IMG/VR virus record: IMGVR_UViG_3300006045_001056
Location: 1,912 to 65,911 of that record
DNA from: a virus
Length of the DNA: 64,000 bases
Direction: 5' to 3' (one strand)
Positions 59,077 through 64,000 of this stretch are shown one piece after another. Position 1 is the first letter of the stretch. Each line of letters begins with the position of its first letter. A model generated the notes under the pieces. That model had not been told where the DNA came from. It did not search any database and saw only the letters and a list, made by a program, of their open reading frames with translations. A program made the position numbers and the translations under genes.

Positions 59077-59595
59077 ATGGATAAAAATGATTTGATTTTA
59101 AACTTTAATGTAAAGGGACAATTAATCTATTATCAGGAGAAAAACAAAGCGGCGGCGGACAGCATGAAATATCTGTACGCCAAGTTCAGTTTCAGCCGCG
59201 AGTGGGATATATCGCCGAAATACGCCCTGTTTTACGGCTCTGATAAAACCTCTTTACCTATCGAGGTACAGCTTGAAAATGACGGCTGTTACGTCCCGCA
59301 GGAAGTAATAAAGCCGCCTCGCTTTTATGTTTCTGTGTACTGCGCAAACGCGGTCAAACGCATTACAACCGAAAAACAGGCGGTTTCTGTTCTGGCGGGC
59401 GGATATGCCGGAGATACCGCGCAATCTTTACCATCGCAGGGTAATACTATCTCCATACATACCCCGGCAGACGAAACCAAGATAACGCAGTTCAGGAATA
59501 ACGGCGGCGTCGCCGAATTTACATCGGACGGGACAGACTGGCAGCAATTAAAAGGTGTCAGCGACATAGGCAGATTGGATATGATTGATTTTTAA
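59077..59595 (+). CDS. BppU-like baseplate/fibre-attachment protein (putative)
   Basis: YAKFSFSREW...CYVPQEV...RITT pattern; position. Confidence 0.5.
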   Translation: MDKNDLILNFNVKGQLIYYQEKNKAAADSMKYLYAKFSFSREWDISPKYALFYGSDKTSLPIEVQLENDGCYVPQEVIKPPRFYVSVYCANAVKRITTEKQAVSVLAGGYAGDTAQSLPSQGNTISIHTPADETKITQFRNNGGVAEFTSDGTDWQQLKGVSDIGRLDMIDF

Positions 59596-59612
59596 ACGGA
59601 GGAATTTATTAT

Positions 59613-60233
59613 ATGGCAACAGAATTTAAAATTTACAGGCAGACCGGAGCGGAAACGCAACCGGCAGCAATAGTGTACGGCAATATAGTTATACTGAAAA
59701 ACGGCTCGTTCTGGACGGTTAACGAACTGAACCAAATGGTGAAAATCGGTCCATTTGACGACGCGGCATTGTTACAGCACTTGGGGGACGCTGTCATACA
59801 CGTTACCCAGCAGGACAAAGACAGATGGGACAGCGTGGAAATGGCTAAGGTATTCGATACGGTTTCCGAAATGGAGACATGGCTCGAAAACGCTGAAAAT
59901 ACGGCGAATCTCCCGATTGGGTTTAACTTTTTCATACGCGACCCGGACGTACCCGACTACTGGTGGGACGGCGAAGAGCCTGTCGAGGCGGCAACCGCAA
60001 AAGTCGATTTGACGGAATACTTAAAAACGGCTAACGCGGTGGATATGTTTGTGGCGAAGGAGACCGGCAAACGCCTGATGACAGATGCGGAGGGGACAAA
60101 ACTTTCGGGGATAGCTACCGGAGCGCAGGTAAACGTACTGGAATCTATAAAGGTAAACGGCACGGCGTTAACGCCTGATGGAAGCAAAGCGGTTGACATA
60201 ACCATACCGACTCTGGAGATAATCGATTTTTAA
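59613..60233 (+). CDS. Tail fibre-like protein
   Basis: HVTQQDKDRWD, KLSGIATGAQVNVLESIKVNG fibre-type motifs. Confidence 0.6.
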   Translation: MATEFKIYRQTGAETQPAAIVYGNIVILKNGSFWTVNELNQMVKIGPFDDAALLQHLGDAVIHVTQQDKDRWDSVEMAKVFDTVSEMETWLENAENTANLPIGFNFFIRDPDVPDYWWDGEEPVEAATAKVDLTEYLKTANAVDMFVAKETGKRLMTDAEGTKLSGIATGAQVNVLESIKVNGTALTPDGSKAVDITIPTLEIIDF

Positions 60234-60245
60234 TGGGGTGGGAGT

Positions 60246-60734
60246 ATGAAGATATATGTTTCGTCTGTAGATGGGGCTTTACCGCAAAACCCGCAAAAAC
60301 CATACATAATTTTAGACAAAATGGGTACGGTGAGGGTACTTGCCACAGACATGATAAAAGTTCAGTTTGAGGATATATCAAAAGACGGCGAAGACGGTAT
60401 GGTCATTCCTGTGATGTCTGAGCTTAACAATCTTGAGAATGTTGAAATCCGGGTGGGAAAAGCTCAGGTAAACGCGGCAGGGTATAAGCAGGTTAAATTC
60501 CTGACCCCTTTTACCGATATTCCTGTAGTGACGGCAAACGCGGCGGGGTTGTATTTTGTTGATATAACGAATATTACCGTTACAGGTTTTCAGTACAGGA
60601 CGATAGGGCTTTCGGTAAATACGGGAAGCCAAAGCGCGTCAAATACGCAATCGACAGTCGTGACATCCGCGTCAATGGCTGACGTTGCGAATATCCCGAT
60701 AAACTATATCGCCGTCTCAAACAAGGGGGTGTAG
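60246..60734 (+). CDS. Tail fibre/receptor-binding accessory (H-type lectin/gp53-like C-terminus, putative)
   Basis: VKFLTPFTDIPVVTA...ITVTGF...INYIAV. Confidence 0.5.
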   Translation: MKIYVSSVDGALPQNPQKPYIILDKMGTVRVLATDMIKVQFEDISKDGEDGMVIPVMSELNNLENVEIRVGKAQVNAAGYKQVKFLTPFTDIPVVTANAAGLYFVDITNITVTGFQYRTIGLSVNTGSQSASNTQSTVVTSASMADVANIPINYIAVSNKGV

Positions 60735-60739
60735 CACAA

Positions 60740-61474
60740 ATGGCGAGTAATAAAGACTATTTATTCTATACCGCGCTGTTAAAAAGCAATTCGGTAAAAG
60801 GCGCGAACGCTCTGGAGGGTATGCTGCTAAACAAAGGGCAGGCGAATGAATTAATGGCGAATGACGCCGCCATGACCGTTATATTTGAGCCGATGACGAC
60901 GGGCGGAGCGAGGTATCTGCCGGATATTTTCTTCAGGGGGAATTACAGGGTAGGTAAAGGCTTACAGACATATCTTCGCGCCATTGACAGCGCGTTCGAT
61001 CCGTCGGACTACATGGGCGGACTCAGCACGACTGACAATTTATGCGCGGACGCAAACGCCATGGCTCTGATAGCGGGCAGGCTGGACGCGCTGAAAGCAA
61101 TGCTGAAATCCCCGTATGCCGCGTCAAGGGTGGTCGCGTCGGCAACGGCGAAAAACGCTCTGTTCAACAGCCCTCTCAAAACAACAGTGAGCGTCGTCGT
61201 CGATTACAGCGCGACAAATAACTGGACGCGGCGGACAAATCTGGGGACGCTGGCGTGGATTGCGACCGCAAGGCATACGCTGTCTGCCGGGTCGGGGAAC
61301 TATGTGATGAGAACGGCGGCGGATTTAGGCGCGAACGCTTCGGCGTCGAGAGCCAACACTTACAATACGGATTACAGGATAGACAGGCTTATATCTAACG
61401 CCGAAAACGCCGTATCCAACGTAGGGTTCGCGGTCAGCCCCATCACGCAGCAAGTCATAATAATAGAACCATAA
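60740..61474 (+). CDS. Phage hypothetical protein
   Basis: ORF with RBS in the tail-lysis operon. Confidence 0.7.
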   Translation: MASNKDYLFYTALLKSNSVKGANALEGMLLNKGQANELMANDAAMTVIFEPMTTGGARYLPDIFFRGNYRVGKGLQTYLRAIDSAFDPSDYMGGLSTTDNLCADANAMALIAGRLDALKAMLKSPYAASRVVASATAKNALFNSPLKTTVSVVVDYSATNNWTRRTNLGTLAWIATARHTLSAGSGNYVMRTAADLGANASASRANTYNTDYRIDRLISNAENAVSNVGFAVSPITQQVIIIEP

Positions 61475-61499
61475 ATTATATTCAGGGAGGGAAACGTCT

Positions 61500-62147
61500 A
61501 TGGAAGACATGGCAAAAATGATTACGACCTACGGACTGGCGGTGATAATCTCCTCGCTTGTCCTGTACTTCGCGGTCAGATTCATCAACATATTTTTAAA
61601 GGATTTCGAGCAAAAGCGAAACATACGCAAGCATGACGAACTGGCAATGCTGCGAAACCAGATAAGCGCGACTATCAACGCTTTACTGGAGAGAACCGCG
61701 CTGCGTACCAACGCCGACAGAGTATATGTGTTCGAGTTCCATAATGGGAATACCGCGCTGGGCGGTTTGCCGTTTATGAAAATGACAAACACATACGAAG
61801 CTCTCAATGGCACGGCAAAATCGGAGATGCACAAGCGGGCTGATATGCCGTTTCAGTTGTTCCAGCCGTTTGTCGACGCGATATACGGAGAGGATTATCT
61901 CGTCATGGACGTGAACAGCCGGACGGATAAATACTCCGCGTTTGTCTATGAAACGCTGGTGGAGCGGAACATATCAGTCACGGTACGGGTAAAAATCGCG
62001 GACATCAGCAAACGGATTATTGGCTATTTCGGCATCGACTACTGCAATGGCAATCCTGTCAGCGAGGCGAAAGTCGAGGAGAGCGTAAAAATAGCGCAGG
62101 ATGTTGCGATTGAACTCGGCGCGTTATTATCTGTAAACAAAAAGTAA
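61500..62147 (+). CDS. Holin-like single-TM protein
   Basis: N-terminal TM (YGLAVIISSLVLYFAV) immediately before the lysin. Confidence 0.5.
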   Translation: MEDMAKMITTYGLAVIISSLVLYFAVRFINIFLKDFEQKRNIRKHDELAMLRNQISATINALLERTALRTNADRVYVFEFHNGNTALGGLPFMKMTNTYEALNGTAKSEMHKRADMPFQLFQPFVDAIYGEDYLVMDVNSRTDKYSAFVYETLVERNISVTVRVKIADISKRIIGYFGIDYCNGNPVSEAKVEESVKIAQDVAIELGALLSVNKK

Positions 62148-62164
62148 AGGAACGGTGATTTTAA

Positions 62165-63391
62165 GTGAAACAGGCGCAGAAAGATTTTATCGCCGGAGTC
62201 GGCGCGTTGGCGGTGGCGGACATGGCAAAGAGCGGTATACTCGCGTCGCTCACCATAGCTCAGGCGATATTGGAAAGCGGTTGGGGTATGTCGGCTCTGG
62301 CAACAAAGGCAAACGCGCTGTTCGGCATCAAGGCTGACTCCCGATGGAACGGGCGTGTGTATAACACAACAACTAAAGAATGTTATGACGGCGTGTTCAC
62401 CACAGTGGACGCGCTTTTTCGTTCTTACGATAGCTGGGAGCATTCGCTTGCCGACCACTCATTGTTTCTGACCGGCTCTGCTCGGTACGCTGCGGTGGTC
62501 GGCGAAACGGATTACAAAACGGCATGTACTGCAATCAAGGCGGCAGGGTATGCCACTGCCCCGGATTACGCCGAAAAACTTATACAAATCATAGAAACAT
62601 ACAGTCTGACGGATTTCGATACCGTCAGCGGAAATGGAGAACATAAAATGAATCTGAAAAAACTCATACTTACAAACAACGCCTGCTACAAATATGGCAA
62701 AACCATCACTGTCAAAGGAATCATGGTGCATAGCACGGGCGCGAATAATCCGAATCTGAAACGCTATGTCGGACCCGACGACGGTCTGCTCGGCAAAAAC
62801 CAGTACAACAATCATTGGAATCAAGATACCCCAGACGGTAGAAAGGTATGCGTACACGCTTTTATCGGTAAGCTCGCGGACGGTTCTATCGCCACATACC
62901 AGACGCTTCCGTGGAATATGGAGGGGTGGCACGGCGGCAGCGGGACTAAAGGCAGAGTGAACGACACGCATATCGGTTTTGAAATCTGCGAGGACGGGTT
63001 GACCGACGCGGTATATTTCAACGCCGTATACAGGGAAGCGACTGAATTATGCGCTTACCTTTGTATAATGTATAACCTCGACCCGATGGCTGATGGAGTT
63101 ATAATCGGGCATTATGAGGGATACAAGCGCGGTATTGCCACAAACCACGCCGACCCCGGACATTGGTTTCCGAAACACGGCAAGTCGATGGACACATTCC
63201 GCGCCGACGTTAAGAAGTTACTGACGGCAAATGAACCGCAGACCCCTGCCGCACCCGCTCCGTCATCGACTGCGCCGAAACCCCTGTACCGCGTTCAAGT
63301 TGGCGCGTATTCGGTCAAAGCGAACGCCGACGCTATGCTCGCCAAAATCAAAGCGGCGGGATTTACGGATGCTTTTATCAAAGCGGAGTAA
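62165..63391 (+). CDS. Endolysin: GH73 glucosaminidase + amidase_2 + SPOR domain
   Basis: AQAILESGWG...NALFGIKA...GYATAPDY; IMVHST...HIGFEICE...HADP; YRVQVGAY. Confidence 0.92.
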   Translation: MKQAQKDFIAGVGALAVADMAKSGILASLTIAQAILESGWGMSALATKANALFGIKADSRWNGRVYNTTTKECYDGVFTTVDALFRSYDSWEHSLADHSLFLTGSARYAAVVGETDYKTACTAIKAAGYATAPDYAEKLIQIIETYSLTDFDTVSGNGEHKMNLKKLILTNNACYKYGKTITVKGIMVHSTGANNPNLKRYVGPDDGLLGKNQYNNHWNQDTPDGRKVCVHAFIGKLADGSIATYQTLPWNMEGWHGGSGTKGRVNDTHIGFEICEDGLTDAVYFNAVYREATELCAYLCIMYNLDPMADGVIIGHYEGYKRGIATNHADPGHWFPKHGKSMDTFRADVKKLLTANEPQTPAAPAPSSTAPKPLYRVQVGAYSVKANADAMLAKIKAAGFTDAFIKAE

Positions 63392-63482
63392 TACTTAATC
63401 ATACAAATAAACTGCGGTCACGCCTGTTATATCGACGACCGATTTGAGAGGGAAACGCGCCATTACAAAAAAGTAAGAGCGC

Positions 63483-63525
63483 AAGGGTGCAAGGGTGTAA
63501 AATGTTTTATATATTTGCACCCTTT
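63483..63525 (-). terminator. Inverted repeat between the convergent lysin and XRE genes
   Basis: AAGGGTGCAA ... TTGCACCCTT. Confidence 0.55.
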
Positions 63526-63874
63526 ATTCCTGAAATAACGCAAATTGGATTTTTGCGGTACGAAGAATTTCAAGCAAAGCGTGTGATTCTTTGGGAGTGC
63601 AATCGCTTAATAAGAATAAAATTTCTGCTGTTATCTCGTTATTTTCATCTCCATAAAAAAGCGTGCAAAGCGAAATATCAAGAGCGCAAGCGATACGGTA
63701 ATATGTATCAATTTTTGCAGCCTTATTTCCGTTTTCCAGCATACTGAGAAAGTTTCGGGATACCCCGGCTGCTTCTGATAACGCTTCCTGCGATAATTTT
63801 CGACCAATCCTTTCTTTGTAAATTTGTGAGCCGATCCATCGGTTCAATTCTGCCTGATTCATTTTTCTCATCAT
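63524..63874 (-). CDS. XRE-family HTH regulator
   Basis: RKLSQEALSEAAGVSRNFLSMLENG; GAGG RBS. Confidence 0.85.
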   Translation of the reverse strand: MMRKMNQAELNRWIGSQIYKERIGRKLSQEALSEAAGVSRNFLSMLENGNKAAKIDTYYRIACALDISLCTLFYGDENNEITAEILFLLSDCTPKESHALLEILRTAKIQFALFQE

Positions 63875-64000
63875 TTTGTAAACCTCTGTTTATCATAATT
63901 TTTAACCGTTAGTTTGCAGTATTTCGGTTAAAATAATGATAAAATAGTAGGTAATTGAATTCAATAAAATTTAATTAATATGTAAGTGAGACGTAAAAGA

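Larger units (their letters stand above)
15746..64000 (+). mobile_element. Prophage, HK97-like cos siphovirus of Clostridia; boundaries uncertain, right end beyond window
   Basis: Co-oriented regulation, replication, packaging, head, tail and lysis modules; no integrase or att site seen in the window. Confidence 0.93.

Noticed and set aside
55052-63391. Diversity-generating retroelement targeting tail fibres or LRRs
   Set aside because: No reverse transcriptase or TR/VR pair with adenine-specific differences was seen in the window.
15746-64000. Genome-wide TAG-to-Gln recoding (genetic code 15) suggested by the capsid amber
   Set aside because: TAG is a normal stop for terS (29947-29949), the C5 MTase (33191-33193) and the 60246 ORF (60732-60734), and no other gene needs read-through.

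Overview
Firmicute (Clostridia-like) chromosomal window. The left ~15.5 kb holds a partial ECF-type sigma factor gene, a 5' remnant of a tRNA-Leu, an intact tRNA-Leu(GAG), and a 4704-aa S-layer-anchored BspA-type LRR surface protein built from nested repeats. From ~15.7 kb to the right edge lies a cos/HK97-type siphovirus prophage. Its modules in order: XRE + ImmA/IrrE-HTH switch; phage sigma factor; SNF2/SSB/PolA/primase replication; VRR-NUC; late activator; HNH; terminase with an embedded methylase-amidoligase-GGCT block; portal, Clp protease, capsid; tail; dual-domain lysin. No integrase is in the window. Six accessory 'moron' cassettes interrupt the late region. Most notable: (i) an unknown 2-TM protein coupled to a Mom-like DNA-modifying GNAT; (ii) an array of small genes each with its own copy of a repeated promoter/UTR; (iii) a multi-TRD C5 methylase; (iv) two precise coding interruptions, an 8-nt insert splitting the SNF2 Walker A and an amber codon 20 codons before the natural capsid stop, which are either recoding signals or decay. 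All protein assignments come from motif recognition by eye; no database searches were run.
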